Source: Octopus vulgaris (taxonomy: Eukaryota). Taken from it: a stretch of DNA of 64,000 nucleotides. The notes beneath the pieces were generated by a model, which saw only the letters and a list, made by a program, of their open reading frames with translations, was not told the origin of the DNA and searched no databases. Numbering within the stretch: the first letter of the stretch is position 1; the number at the start of each line of letters is the position of its first letter. Shown one piece after another: positions 25,916 through 39,334 of this stretch. Both the position numbers and the translations under genes were made by a program. The stretch covers positions 89,342,001-89,406,000 of the forward strand of contig OX597819.1 of the NCBI GenBank assembly GCA_951406725.2. Direction: 5' to 3'.

Positions 25916-26149
25916 ATAGTCAAATATTTTTGTGTTAGGGGTATCTATCTGGCAAGACTTCGTAGCCACGGTGAACATTTTCTGCATGTATGTATGTATG
26001 TATGTATGTATGTATGTATGTATGTTTGTATGTATGTATGTATGTATGTATGTATGTATGTATGTATGTATGTGTGTGTGTATGTATGTATGTATGTATG
26101 TATGTATGTATGTATGTATGTATGTATGTATGTATGTATGTATGTATGT

Positions 26150-26376
26150 ATGTTTTGTTTTATGTATATCTTCTCATCCATATACTTGCATATATAGACA
26201 TGCTCTTATATATTTAAATAATAAACTTCTGGAAAGTTTTACAGATTTTTACAGTTCTAGTGATGGATTGAATCTGTAGTCTTCGAATCAGCTTTCTGGT
26301 TTTGAGAAGTCTAATTTCTCAAGATTAGTATTTAGGCGGTGTGTTACATATCCTGGTGCCCCAATAATTACAGGTA
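26150..26376 (-). mobile_element. short 3' fragment of the (CATA)n-associated RLE LINE
   Basis: matches 22280-22505; flanked both sides by (TATG)n. Confidence 0.8.
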
Positions 26377-26502
26377 TGTATGTATGTATGTATGTATGTA
26401 TGTATGTATGTATGTATGTATGTATGTATGTATGTATGTATGTATGTATGTATGTATGTATTTATGTGTATATGTATGTGTATATATGTGTACATATAGT
26501 TG

Positions 26503-26658
26503 CAGGCGTGAGTGTGTGGTAAGAAGCTTGCTTGTTCAGTCCCATTGCGTGGAACCTTGGGCAAGTGTCTTTTACTATAGCCTCGGGCCGACCAAAGCTT
26601 AGCGAGTGGATTTGGTTGACGGAAACTGAGAGAAGCCTATCGTATATATATATGTATG

Positions 26659-26727
<69 letters not shown>

Positions 26728-27136
26728 CACGCATTTTTTTCTCTCCTTCTTTCTGTGTTTTTCTCTCTCTGTGTATCTTTCTGTTGAAGAGCGTAGGCTC
26801 GAAACGTTAAAGACTTGTTTTATTTATATTTCCTGAGCGCCATACTAATACAATTGTTCGTTTGTTTTCCACCTGCCTTCGTCTTTTGTTTATTTTCATA
26901 AAGCTTCCCGTTATATATATATATACACACATGTATTTGTGTGTTTGTGTCTGTGTTTCTCTCTCCACCATTGCTTGATAACCGACGTTCGTGTGTTTAC
27001 GTGCCCGTTACCTAGCGGTTCGGCACAAGGGATCGATAGAATAAGTACCAGACTTACAAAGAATAAGTCCAGGAGTCGATTTCTTCGACGAAAAGATGGT
27101 GCAAAATGATCGAAACAAGGACAAGAATAAAAGAAT

Positions 27137-27138
<2 letters not shown>
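26503..27138 (+). mobile_element. SINE family B with an insert in its (TA)n tract
   Basis: head 26503-26645, tail 26935-27138. Confidence 0.8.
26776..26813 (+). ncRNA. minimal type I hammerhead ribozyme motif in a Penelope-type insert (26725-26911)
   Basis: TCTTT-CTGTTGA-A-GAGC gtag GCTC-GAAACGTT-AAAGA: perfect stems I and II, palindromic AACGTT; core variant CUGUUGA. Confidence 0.7.
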
Positions 27139-27218
<80 letters not shown>

Positions 27219-27891
27219 GTATTTGTGTGTGTAGCTACACTTATACATGCACACATACATACATACATAATACATACATACATACATACATACGTACATA
27301 CATACATACATGCATGCATGCATGCATACATTCACATGAACACAAACACATGCACCCACACACACACACACACACACAAATGTATAATGTTACTATTTTA
27401 TACGCTTACATGAAATAAAACGTCTTTAAAAATTAGCTCAATCATCAGAAGAAAATGGTGTAATACACACTTGCACACACCTCAGCCTGTAACAACCTGT
27501 GTGACACTTAGCAAAAGGCAGGCATTATTCTGCTTTTGTGGCACGATTAATGTATTCTGTAGCAGCATTCATGACAAGCAGCTTAACCTCGTCACGCGTT
27601 AATATACATTCTACGATTGAAAAGTACTGAGAAATGATCCTTGTCCAACTGTTAAACGTTTGTCATTTATCAAGTTGTATTTTGGATTTCATGTATTCAA
27701 TTAGCCTTTTTATAATGAGTATTGAATGATTGATATTTACAGTTTTTAGTTTGGGTCGGCGCTGCCTGTATGTTTACACGGTATTCAATATATGCTGGAA
27801 AATATATGTATTTGTACGAAGACGCTTGTGAAGTTCTTCCTTGCTATGTGAAGTTGCTTTCTCGATGCGATCATTTAGGAGGGGTGGAGAA

Positions 27892-28205
27892 CAGGCGTGG
27901 CTGTGTGGTAAGAAGCTTGTTCCTCAAGCACATGGTTTCGGGTTCAGTCCCACTGCGTGGCACCTTGGGCAATTGTCTTCTACTATAGTCTCGGGCTGAC
28001 CAAAGCCTCGTGAGTGGATTTGGTAGACGGAAATTGAAAGAAACCCGGCGTGTATATGGTATCTTTATATATTTTATATGTAAACCATAATATGTTATAA
28101 ATGTATGTATATTCTGGTAATTGTCATTTTAGTAAATAAATAAATTGACATAATATAATGTCTAAAAGTTGATGAACCACCTATTGATCCCTCCATTTTC
28201 TTATT

Positions 28206-28254
<49 letters not shown>

Positions 28255-28256
28255 GT

Positions 28257-28298
<42 letters not shown>

Positions 28299-28518
28299 TT
28301 GTGTGTGGAGGTCTGTATTTGCCCGCTCCCCATCTCGCTTGACAACCGATGCTGGTGTGTTTACATCCCTGTAACTTAGCGGTTCGGCAACAGGAACCGA
28401 TAGAGATAGTACTAGGCTTAGAAAGAATAAGTCCTGCGGTCGATTTGTTCGACTAAAGACGAAGCTCCAGCATGGCCGCAGTCAAATGACTGAAACAATT
28501 AAAAGAATAAAAGAATAA
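27892..28518 (+). mobile_element. SINE family B with an expanded middle
   Basis: head 27892-28050, tail 28300-28518. Confidence 0.85.
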
Positions 28519-28743
28519 ACCATTTTTGATGTCGTCTGATGGATTGCATCGATCGAGTAACTCCGAGCAATGGTGGAGTGAATCAGCAGCTTCGTTCTAA
28601 TAAATATACACTAAATCTTGTATTGAGTTAAGCACTCTTTTTCTTGTTTATTAAACCAAACGCATGTGGGTGGCTGGGCGTGCGCACATGTATATTACGT
28701 ATGTACATATATTTGCGTGTGTATTGACATATACATAAAACAA

Positions 28744-30967
28744 TCTATATTGTAATATGAGCTGTGTTTCTCTGTCCGTCTGTCACTATCTTCACATAAT
28801 GATAACTTTCAAGCAATTTATTTGGAGAAACAGAGAAAAATGAAACAATGAATTTATTAATTTTTTCAATGAGAAGGAGAAATATGGTGTGTATTTATTT
28901 TTGATCAAACATTATTTTCTCCTTACACGGGAACAAATTCAAAAAGAAATGGCCAGGAATATTTCATTCTCAAATAGAACAATCTACAATGTGATGAAAA
29001 GAGGAAGATAAAGACTGGAAGAAGAAAAGGTAATAAAAATAGCGAGATTTACAAAAATCCCCTGTTAGCTAATTCTTTTGTAAACCTATCTTAGTTTATA
29101 GAATGCATTTCCTTCTACCACTTGAAGTTTCTTATATTTGAGGCGAGAAAACTATTTTACAAACACGTTCAATCAGTAAACCAATCGATTCTGTTGTTTA
29201 AAAGGTAACTATTGTATTTTCTACTTAACTATTTGTTCATATACAAGAATTGCGGAAAAAAAAAAAATGAATGTCGTAAATGAATAAAAATAGTTCACTG
29301 AAAGTTATCATTTGCCACTTTGTTTATGACTAAATTTTGGTTAGGATAACTGAAATGCTACGTAAATATTGTGGAAAAATTTTTAGTACATCCCTTTCGT
29401 AGTCATCGTCAGTCACAAATGTTACTAACATACACAGACATATTCACTAATGTGAGAGCTTTTATGTAGTTACTCGACCTGCAAGTGATAATGGTCGGAA
29501 AGATACATTGTAGTGATGGAAACAAAATTTTGACAAGAAAAGTTGTTTAAAGAGAAATCTAAGTAAATGTAAATATTGTACAATGTAAAGGGTGCGTCAC
29601 TTTTTGAGGTCATTTGTATGAATTTAGAAAACGACGCTTAGCTCATCAAAGACAAGCTGTATTTGAAAACAAATTGGTACAATAATCTTGAGAATCCTTT
29701 TAATAAACCTATTCACCCACTGTGAACATCAAATGCTACTTTAATACGGGATTGAAGCTTCGACATTCCCGAATTGGATTATCTTTATCAATTTTTTGAC
29801 GTAGTGCTGGTTATGACGGACTTGGGAGATTGTATGGTGTAATAGGGGTGTTGATTGACTTCTCTCTTGACTACGCTCCATACGTTATAGTCCAGTGGAT
29901 CGAGGCCTGGTAAGCATGGTCATGTGTCTGAGTGAACATGATCATGGAGATTGACACCAATCATTGCTTGAGTTGTACTAGCCTTATGTGACAGCGCAGT
30001 GTTGTTGGAAGGTGTACAGTCTTCCATTGCGTACTCTTTCTTTCCGGGACTTCAGAACTTTCTCCAACGTCTAGGAACTTAGTGTGTATGACCGTTGGAA
30101 TCTAATTCATATCTCTCTATAACCATCCGTCGTTCATTCGGTTTACCTTTTGGTCGAGATCGAAGTTTTTCTCATCGGAGAAAACCAGAGCATTCGAGCT
30201 TCTTGGCTACTTATTTTGCAAGTGCTTTGCGCAGATCGAACGATTCTCTCTTGTTACATCCGATATCATCTTACCCCCTCCGCACCACATAAGACTTGTG
30301 CCTGATGTTCTCATGCACAACTCTTCTAATGATGCTTTCTGAAGCCTTGAGGTAGCTCTGATCGACTTACCGAGGATTTTGTCGATTATTTGTTAGACTT
30401 TTTATATATGTGTTCAGATGATATTAGGACCCCGTGCACGCGTTTTGCGTTGAGCTACTGATCTTCGTCAAAAGCTTCTAGCTCTTTGGAACTTTGACAA
30501 GGAAGGATCGGGAAACATTCAGAAGGTGAGATATCTGTGTATCGTTATGCTGCGCTTTTAAGGCAACAAGTACAATGCGCCTTCTTATTCTCTGAGTCAT
30601 TCTGATGTTTGCCCTTATTTGAATTTTAAGGTTAAAAAATATGTTAGAAGAAAGCGCATCTGAAAGAGGTGTCCCCAGAAAAAAAATACATGCGCCCTAT
30701 ATATATTGAATTTATAGAACTTGAAGTAAAATATTTTAAAACAAAGTAAAATATTGTTTAGTTGCTGAGGAACACAATCTAAGTGTCAACAATCTACCCA
30801 GTTTTAAAGCACCTAATATAACGTCTATTTTCCTGAATTAGAAACTTTCAAAGACACTTTGTATTTAAAATTAATGTATTTTATATAAAAGTATTTTAAT
30901 AGGGTAAATGATTTTAATTCAAAATTTTACCATCTTGCCGGCAACGAAGCGATGGGTATTAAACTAG
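28744..30967 (+). mobile_element. possible non-autonomous Helitron hosting a Tc1-like insertion
   Basis: A|TCTATATTGTAATATG..CTGTCCGTCTGTCAC start; GC-rich subterminal patch then CTAG|T at 30964-30968; pairing of the two ends is inferred. Confidence 0.35.
29588..30700 (-). mobile_element. decayed Tc1/mariner (maT-like) element
   Basis: minus strand LPGLDPLDYNVWSVVKREV (cf. SPDLNPLDY.VW); weak TIRs AGGGTGCGT..TTTTT / AAAAA..ATGCGCCCT. Confidence 0.7.
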
Positions 30968-31278
30968 TAAATTAGATTTCAATGCGTAACGTTTTGCTAT
31001 TGAAATGCAAATATTGCAAGTCATCGGCTTTGTCGAACTGCAAATTAGGCAGGAGGTCTCGTTTATAAGTGTGGGTCCTTCTTTTCGTTGAAATAGTGGA
31101 AACTATAAGCGTTGATTTGGTGAGCAAGACTATTTTCTAGTTCTCAGTTATGTTTCAGTATGGATAGGTGAACGAAGAGTGAGGGAAAAGAGGGGAAAAA
31201 AAGTGACATGAAATAGTGACAAAGATAAAGAATGAAAGGAGTATGGAGGGAGAAAACTTACATGAAGTATAATTTATT

Positions 31279-31352
<74 letters not shown>

Positions 31353-31639
31353 TATATTACAATACACACATACACGCATACATACATACACACACAAACA
31401 TACGTATACATACAAACACGCATACTTCCCGAGGCACCCAGCGTTGGCCGGACTCCAGATATGGAGAAACAGTTCTTTTTCTTGAACTCAATGTCTCAAC
31501 TGTGTAAGTTTTATGTAGTCTTTTTCTAAATAACTATACGTATGTGTGTGTGTATTAGTATATGAACATGTATGTATTTTTACACACACGTGTTTCTTTA
31601 CATTCTTTCGAAGGGAAAGTAATTTTATAACATTAAATA

Positions 31640-32760
31640 TCAGGTCATCCCATAAGTTCTGTCCGAATTTACCTTTTTAAAAATTGAATGAAATTTAGCA
31701 GTATTTTAGAATGTCTAATGGAATTAAAAATTATTTTTATGCATTTGTGTACATTTAAACTAATTAAATATTATTTTACAGAATAATAGAATTAAAATTT
31801 CTTTGATTAAAACCCTTTCTAACATTGGAAGTATCCAAAGAGCATTTAAGGCACATAAAGCTTTATGAGTACAAAAAAGGAAACTCTGCAGCCGAAGCGA
31901 CTCGAAACATACACCCAGTTTATGGGAAAGAATGCTTGAATGAAAGAACTTGCAGAAGATGGTTTGCAAAATTCAGAAGTGGAGATTTCAGCCTCGAAGA
32001 TGAAGATCGAACAGGACGTTCAGTTGAGTTTGATGATAGGCTCCTTGAGGTATTACTTGAAGAAAATCCTGCATTATCAGTTGAAGAATTGGCAATAAAA
32101 CTTAGTTCGAACCATACAACTGTTCATCGTTATCTTCAACAACTTGAAAAGGTTCCTAAACTTGGAAAATGGGTGCCTCATGAATTGTTCGAAAGCAACC
32201 GCAAATCCCGAGTTGACATCTGCTCTTCTCTCCATTCTCGCGAACTCATTTCACCCTTTTTGAATAGACTTGTGACTGATGACGAAAAATGGATCTTGCA
32301 TCGAAATGTTAAGCGTCGTAAACAGTGGCTTGGTAAAAGGGAAAAAAGCTCAACCACAACCGAGAAGGGAACTTCATGGAAAAAAGCTTCTTCTCTCTAT
32401 CTGGTGAGATTGCAAAGGAGTAATTCACTTTGAATTGTTACCACCTAATGCAACAATCAATGCTCAAGTCTACTGTCAGCAAATAGAGCGTTTGAACCAA
32501 GCTTTGAAGAAAAAAAAAGACCCGTTTTAGTGAATCGAAAATGTGTGATGTTTCATCAGGACAATGCGCGACCCCACACTGCAAAGATCACATCACAGAA
32601 AATCGAAGTTTTACATTGATGGGATTAAAAAGCTTGTAAATAGATGGAAGTAATAGATAATCGGGGAAAGTACATTGATGGTTAAATTTCAATTAAATAT
32701 AACATTTGATCACTTGTTTTCTTTATTCAAAATTCGGACAGAACTTATGGGATGACCTGA
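31640..32760 (+). mobile_element. mariner element with perfect 31-bp TIRs and TA TSD; transposase frameshifted and internally deleted
   Basis: TCAGGTCATCCCATAAGTTCTGTCCGAATTT at both ends; ORF 31825-32433 with WFAKFRSG, WVPHEL, VTDDEKW; later HQDNARPH; YSPDL region missing. Confidence 0.97.
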
Positions 32761-33157
32761 TATTCACCTTGTATGATATTCAGTACATATTTTAAAGTCT
32801 TTGTTGTCCAAATTTACGCTGCTGGCCACTCTGAATTATATCTCTTACCTCATTTTCGCTTTAAGTATGCAAATTACCCTAACCCATAAATGTTATCTAT
32901 TTTTTTTTTTGCATATGTCTAAGACTTATGTTTGGTTGGAGTCAACATCTGACAACTAATGACGCTTATTCGGTAGAAACATGTGTGCTCAACTGTCCTC
33001 TTACTTTCAGAACAAGTACAGAAAAAAACTTTATTCTTTGAAATTATCTCGTATATGTTCTCAAAAATGTGCAAAATGCAAGTGAGTCTGCAAGTTGTAA
33101 TCTAGATATATGTTTTCGTATAGGTGGATAATTAGAAAGGTGAATGAGCAGTGCTAT

Positions 33158-34660
33158 AAATCTAGTCGGTTTGGCTGCCAGCATTAATTCTGTTCGAATT
33201 GATTTCATATTTAGTGTAATGATACACTTTTATAAGCTAATTAATGACGTGAAAGTAATTTTCGCTCTAAATCAATAAAGAGTTATTAGCAATTAAAGTT
33301 TGAAAATTTTGGTAATTTTAGTCAATCGTAATCCACAGACACATTCATGCTTGTTTCGATAGTAAGGAGCAGAACATGAGAACTATTTTGCCTGCAAGAA
33401 AGCACGTGCCTATTGCCATAGTAACAAGCGAAACCGAGCAGTCTTTGAAAAGTCTTTTTATCTGTGTTCTGTGCGATTATGGCAGCAAGCTCCAGTAACT
33501 TCGTTTCTATTATGGAAACCTTGAGAACAGAGGAAGATACTGTGTCGTACCATCAAGAAAAGGGTGTTATACCCAAAAGAAAACTATGTAAAAAGAATCA
33601 TGTTATGTATACGAAAAGACGTGGTGGGAACAGGTGCTGGCGATCGCATGTAACGTGTTGTTTATCGCATTTGCATTAAATGTATAATGACTGCTTAAGT
33701 GTTTGTTTTTTAAGCATATTTAAATTGTAATGTGTTTGTCGCATGTAACGTGTTGTACATCGCATTTTCATTAAATTTAAATGTATACTGAATGCTTAAA
33801 TATTTGTTTACTCGTTTCTTTCTGTCATTGAGCATTGAGGTGGTTGTGAAGTGTGCTAAAAATAATAGCTAAATAAGATTTTTTGGATAAATCTTTTAAA
33901 TTAACATAAACATCGGATCTTTTCGGTTTGAACGGCAGTTTTTTCTAGCGGTGTCATATGAAATTGTCACTCATAATTATGACCGTAGTATCGATCTATT
34001 GCATTTCAATCTGTTATAGGGTTAGGGTTAGTTAGGGTTAGGGGTGGGGGGAAGGGTATTTTTTCTTCAGAAATGTAAATAAACCCAATCTGTTTCTTAA
34101 ACGAGGGACATATTCATACGGCACAGAATGTTTTTTTTTTTACCTCAATTGACGTCATTGATTGGTTGAAATTGCAGAAATTGAAGAAAAAACAACAACA
34201 AATATCTTACAAGCCATAGAATTTTCTCAATAGAGCCAAGAGAAAAAGAAAGATGTTTTATTAACACATTCTACCAGTATACGAAGTTTAAAATTTTTTA
34301 GTTACCTAGAAATTATGTTAAAAACTGCCGTTCAAACCGAAAAGATCCTAAACATCTATTTACATAACAGAAAATTACCGGAGACAACACGTGTTCACAA
34401 ATATTCACAACACGTGCTATTTTCAAGATGTTGACGACGAAATGTGCCGTCACGCACAAAATGACAGCTTCCAAATCCTGTTTTCTGACTGGGTGAATGT
34501 GATCAAATTTTAAAGCTCTATAACTTTTTAAAAACATTTTTCTAGAAAAAATGAAATAACTCCAGCAGTTCAGTTTGGGTAAGTGTATTATTGCGTCAAA
34601 TTAAAAATTTTTTGGTAAACTTTAATTTTTTAAATGCTGGCAGTCAAACCGATAAGATCC
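33158..34660 (+). mobile_element. Merlin (IS1595-like) deletion derivative
   Basis: TIRs TCGGTTTGGCTGCCAGCATT / AATGCTGGCAGTCAAACCGATAAGATCC; ORF 33464-33679 LRTEEDTVSYHQEKGVIPKRKLCKKNHVM..CWRS resembles the Merlin transposase N-terminus. Confidence 0.65.
33915..34348 (+). mobile_element. Merlin-type MITE nested in the element above
   Basis: TIR GGATCTTTTCGGTTTGAACGGCAGTTTTT; perfect 8-bp TSD TAAACATC; internal TTAGGG. Confidence 0.95.
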
Positions 34661-34905
34661 TAAATATTTTCCAAACATGTTTATTTGGCTGTTACTAAAT
34701 GCTAAGATAAATAATAGATTAGTTGGGTGAATCAAAAAGTATAATGGAGTATAAAGTCCTGTATTTTGAAGACTTACGAATTTGGTTGTACATGTTGGCA
34801 CATTCTTATATGAATTTTAAGTCGAGTGGGGTGAGGTAAAATAATTTATTTATAACGTTCGGTATTATAAAAACTGCTGGTAAAGAAAGGCAAAAGAGCG
34901 CCCGC

Positions 34906-35321
34906 GGATCTTTTCGGTTTGAACGGCAGTTTTTTTAAAAATAATTTCCACATAACTAAACACTTTAAAACTTCGTATACTGGTAGAATGTGTTTATAAA
35001 ACATCTTTTTTTCTTGGCTTTATTGAGAAAATTCTATACTTTGTAAGATATTTGTTGTTTTTTCTTCAATTTCTGCAATTTCAACCAATCAATGACGTCT
35101 ATTGAGGTGAAAACATTCTGTGCCGTATGAATATGTCCCTCGTTTACGAAACAGATTGGGTTTACTTACATTTCTGAAGAAAAAAAGATACCCTTCCTCC
35201 CACCCCTAACCCTAACCTTAAAACAGATTGAAATGCAATAGATCGATATTAGGGTATTAATTATGGGTGACAATTTCATATAACACCGCTAGAAAAACTG
35301 CCGTACAAACCGAAAAGATCC
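34906..35321 (-). mobile_element. Merlin-type MITE, opposite orientation
   Basis: same TIRs; perfect 8-bp TSD GCGCCCGC. Confidence 0.95.
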
Positions 35322-35745
35322 GCGCCCGCTACTGTTGTTCCGCTGCATAACTGTAAGCTGCCTATCACTATCGAGTTTAGTGCGCTCTTAGAAGAGATGC
35401 TTATACCCTTGTGTTGTAGTTGGTACATTGTAACTGGACTGTGGTATTTCTGGCTCACCAAAATAATAATAAGTATAGTCTTTGACGATATATTTCGTAT
35501 GTAGAACTGAATTTCAACCAACGAAAACCAGAGAACTGTGGTTTTCGGCCGCAAAGGAACAGTTGTAAGTGTAAGGTTAATGAAGGTACAAAAAAAAAAA
35601 AAAAATCTTCCTCGTTCTTTGTGTCATAAACGTTACAAAAGTAATTGTAAAAACAAAGCTCGAAGATTTTTGTCGATGGTTGCAGTCAGCTAAAAATGAA
35701 AACGATTTGAGCAAAGGTCGAGGTGACCTATATAGAAAATTGAAA

Positions 35746-35976
35746 GGCGGCGAGCTGGCAGAAACATTAACATGCCGAGCGAAATGCGTAGCCGTATTTC
35801 GTCTATCGTTACGTTCCGAGTTCAAATTCCGCCGAGGTTGACTTTGCCTTTCATCCTTTCGTGGTCGATAAATTAAGTACCAGTTACGCACTGGGGTCGA
35901 TGTAATCGACTTAATCCGTTTGTCTATCCTTGTTTGTCCTCTCTGTGTTTAGCCGCTTGTGGGTAGTAAAGAAATA
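35746..35976 (+). mobile_element. SINE family A monomer with young tail
   Basis: complete copy; flanks share TATA.AAAATTGAA (probable TSD). Confidence 0.9.
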
Positions 35977-36802
35977 TATATAAAAAATTGAAGGACTTAT
36001 AAAAACGTGCTGTGCTGCTATTTCACCAGAAAAAAAATGTTGGATTTGTAGCAGTTCAGTCAGAAATATGGCTGTTGGTCAGAAAAGTGAGGGTCACGAA
36101 TCCAGAAAAATAAAGGATGCGTAGAGATAAGAACTATAAAAATATATATATTAGTATTCCCTTTTTTTTTTTTACCACGTATCACTAGAGACAGACCATT
36201 CTCGGTCTAAGTGGCTCTAGGATTAAAATTATTTAAGCAGCACGTGTTCTTACAAATCTTTGGTACATATAAGCTGAAAATGGCGGCAATACATAGAGTG
36301 AAAAATAACAAGCTGTGTTGGTACAGTAATTCATGCATGAAAAAAATCTACAAGTTTCATTTACAAAATTAATAAAAATTAGGTTTACATAAATGCATTT
36401 GAAAGAAAAATATTATGCATATTGGTCGTGTTTGTACAAGTCAATTGAATAATTCATGTGCTGTGTAAATAGAGTTATCAGCATACGTGACCTGGCAGAA
36501 AGAGATAACACCATTTGGTGTTGCGTTCACTTAAAACGTACCTCGTGGTGAGACTAACTGAGAAGAAATGAATATAAAAATTAACTAAAAAAAAAACAGA
36601 ATTATTTGTTCCGTTCGACGAGAAGCAAGAAACGTCAAGTTCAGGAATTGCTGAGTACAGAGTCAAAAGAGCGAAAAACTTCGGGTTTCTGCTTATATAG
36701 CAAAGATGACGAAAGCTTACTGGTTTCTGACTGACTAATGAAACCGGTGTAATCCATTACCGTGAAGTCACATCTTGCATGAGGTATTGCAAAATATATG
36801 TG

Positions 36803-36962
36803 TGCGCAGAAGTGGCTGTGTGGTAAGTAGCATGCTTACCATCCACATGGTTCTGGGTTAATTCCCACTGCGTGGCACCTTGGGCAAGTGTCTCAACTAT
36901 AGTCTCGGGCCGACCAAAGCCTTGTGAGTGGATTTGGTAGACGGAAACTGAAAGAAGCCCGT

Positions 36963-36997
<35 letters not shown>

Positions 36998-37254
36998 GTG
37001 TGTGTGTGTGTGTGTCTGTGTGTGTGTGTGTGTGTGTGTCTGTGAGTATATGTTTGTATGTCTGTGTTTGTCCCCCACAGCATCGCTTGACAACCGATGG
37101 AGGTGTGTTTAAGTCCCCGTAACTTAGCGGTTCGGCAAAAGAGACCGATAGAATAAGTACTAGGCTTACAAAGAATAAGGCCTGGGATCGATTTGCTCGA
37201 ATAAAGGCGGTGATCCAGCATGACAGCAGTCAAATGCTGAAACAAGTAAAAGAG
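36803..37254 (+). mobile_element. SINE family B, full length
   Basis: colinear with other copies. Confidence 0.9.
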
Positions 37255-37671
37255 TGTGTGTCTACGTATACACACGCGCGCAACACGCACACATACATAC
37301 ACACACGCAAATGTATACATGTATACATGTACATATACACATGCATAAATACATGCGTACACACAAAAACACAGACACACGGATACACGCAGATATCTAG
37401 ATATGCGCACGCACGCACACAGACATAAAGTACCAGTTGAGCACTGGTGTCGATATAATCGACTTCAGGCAGGCCAAGCCTGATATTTTCAGTTTGGTCT
37501 TCGACAACTGATGTGTGGCGCACTCTGTACTTGTATTATAAATAGTTGCAGAACTCTAATTTGTCGTTTATGACAATATACATACATACATACATACATA
37601 CATACATACATACATACATACATACATACATACATACATACATACATACGTACGTACGTACATCCATCCAT

Positions 37672-37711
<40 letters not shown>

Positions 37712-38248
37712 AATAAATAAAAATATATGCATACATACAAACATATATGTACGTACCTACATCTACATGTATATATACATGCATATATAAATAAATATAC
37801 GTAAGTACAGGACACCACAACAAGACGTAGAAACGGGGAAAACAAAAATTTACAACAAGAAAACAAGTACAGGACATGCTACACAAGGAAAAATCCACCG
37901 TCATCAGCTGTCGCTAGTTAACTCAAGCGTGTTTCGAAGGCAAGACAGGACACATCGTCAACTAGGCCTTCCTGCGAGAGAATTAAAATAAAATTCCAAG
38001 CAGCGGGAGTAAAACGGGTAAGAACACAAACAGGATGTAACAATAAAACTGCACAATAAAATACAAAATAAAAATACATGTACAAAAAAATACAAGACGA
38101 GAAATAAAGAGAGAATACAATACGGGAAATCAAACAACCAAGAGAACAAATGAGAAAATACAAACAAACGAAAAGGCCTTTTTTTTTGGGCTAGACGAAA
38201 GATATTGTGTGGCAGCGTGTGGAAAGCATGACTTTTCAGTAGCAGAAG

Positions 38249-38296
<48 letters not shown>

Positions 38297-38597
38297 CCAC
38301 CACGTGGATTCTGTTGAGACCAGTAAGAAAGAATTATGAACTTTTTTATTACACTTAACTTTTTAAAATATTTTTGATAAGGTTCGTTTTTTCAAGAAGA
38401 AACGAAATTTGTAAAATTTCTAAGAAAATTAAAATTTATCTTATATAGTGACGTTTTCAAACTTCTTTTTTATAAATATATATATATATTTATATATACG
38501 CACGCGCGCATATGCATGTTCATACATCAGATTTCTGTTACAATCTAAAATACATCGTTGATACTATCTGCATAGACATCCTGAACCAACGAGAAGG

Positions 38598-38735
38598 TTC
38601 TTGCGTTCTGAGCCTAAATGCTGCCGAGGTCAGCTTTGCCTTTCATCCTCTCAGGGTCGATAAAACTACCGCGGTCGATGCAATCGACTTACCCACTTCT
38701 CAAAAATTGCTAGCCATGTGTCAAAATTTAAAACC
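38598..38735 (+). mobile_element. SINE family A, degraded
   Basis: GCCGAGGTCAGCTTTGCCTTTCATCC..GGGTCGATAAA. Confidence 0.65.
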
Positions 38736-39334
38736 AATGTATTGAATAGAACATAATAAATATATTCTTGAAAAATTCTCGTTCATACTAATCAAGTCAT
38801 AGGCATAACCATAACCGAACCACTATCCTGTATACAAATGATGGAATATTAATACCAGAATATTAATAATTTATATAGGATTTATCGTAAGATAACAGAT
38901 TATGATAGAACAGATCTCATGGCATCATAGAAAATATAGCCCTTTCCTATTTCTATAGTGCGTGTGACTATTAATCTGCAATATTATGGGCTAGCGAGAT
39001 GTATTCTTTATCGATTTCTCTATCAAGCTTACTCACAAGGATTTATTTAAGAAATCTCTCAAACAAAAACGCAAAGCTTACAAAAATTAATGATCTTGAT
39101 TTATATATCGCCTGGATTTAACGGCTGAAAGGTTACAAGAAGCAAGCTTTTGCATATCTGAGCACATTTGATAGATTAGCACTTATCGAAAGTTTACACG
39201 ATGTCTTTCCACAAGAAAATCATCACAAGGCCTATCAAAAGACAAAACATACTATTATACTGGCCTTAGATTTTACAAAACAACAGTGAATGTACAAAAT
39301 AATTATTCCAACTGCACCCAAACATAATATTATT

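Noticed and set aside
31825-32433. SETMAR-like host gene
   Set aside because: No SET domain; bounded by TIRs and a TA TSD; frameshifted
37885-37945. Type II hammerhead (GAAA...CTGATGA order on the minus strand; similar at 25065-25105 on +)
   Set aside because: Stems I and II do not pair convincingly in either copy
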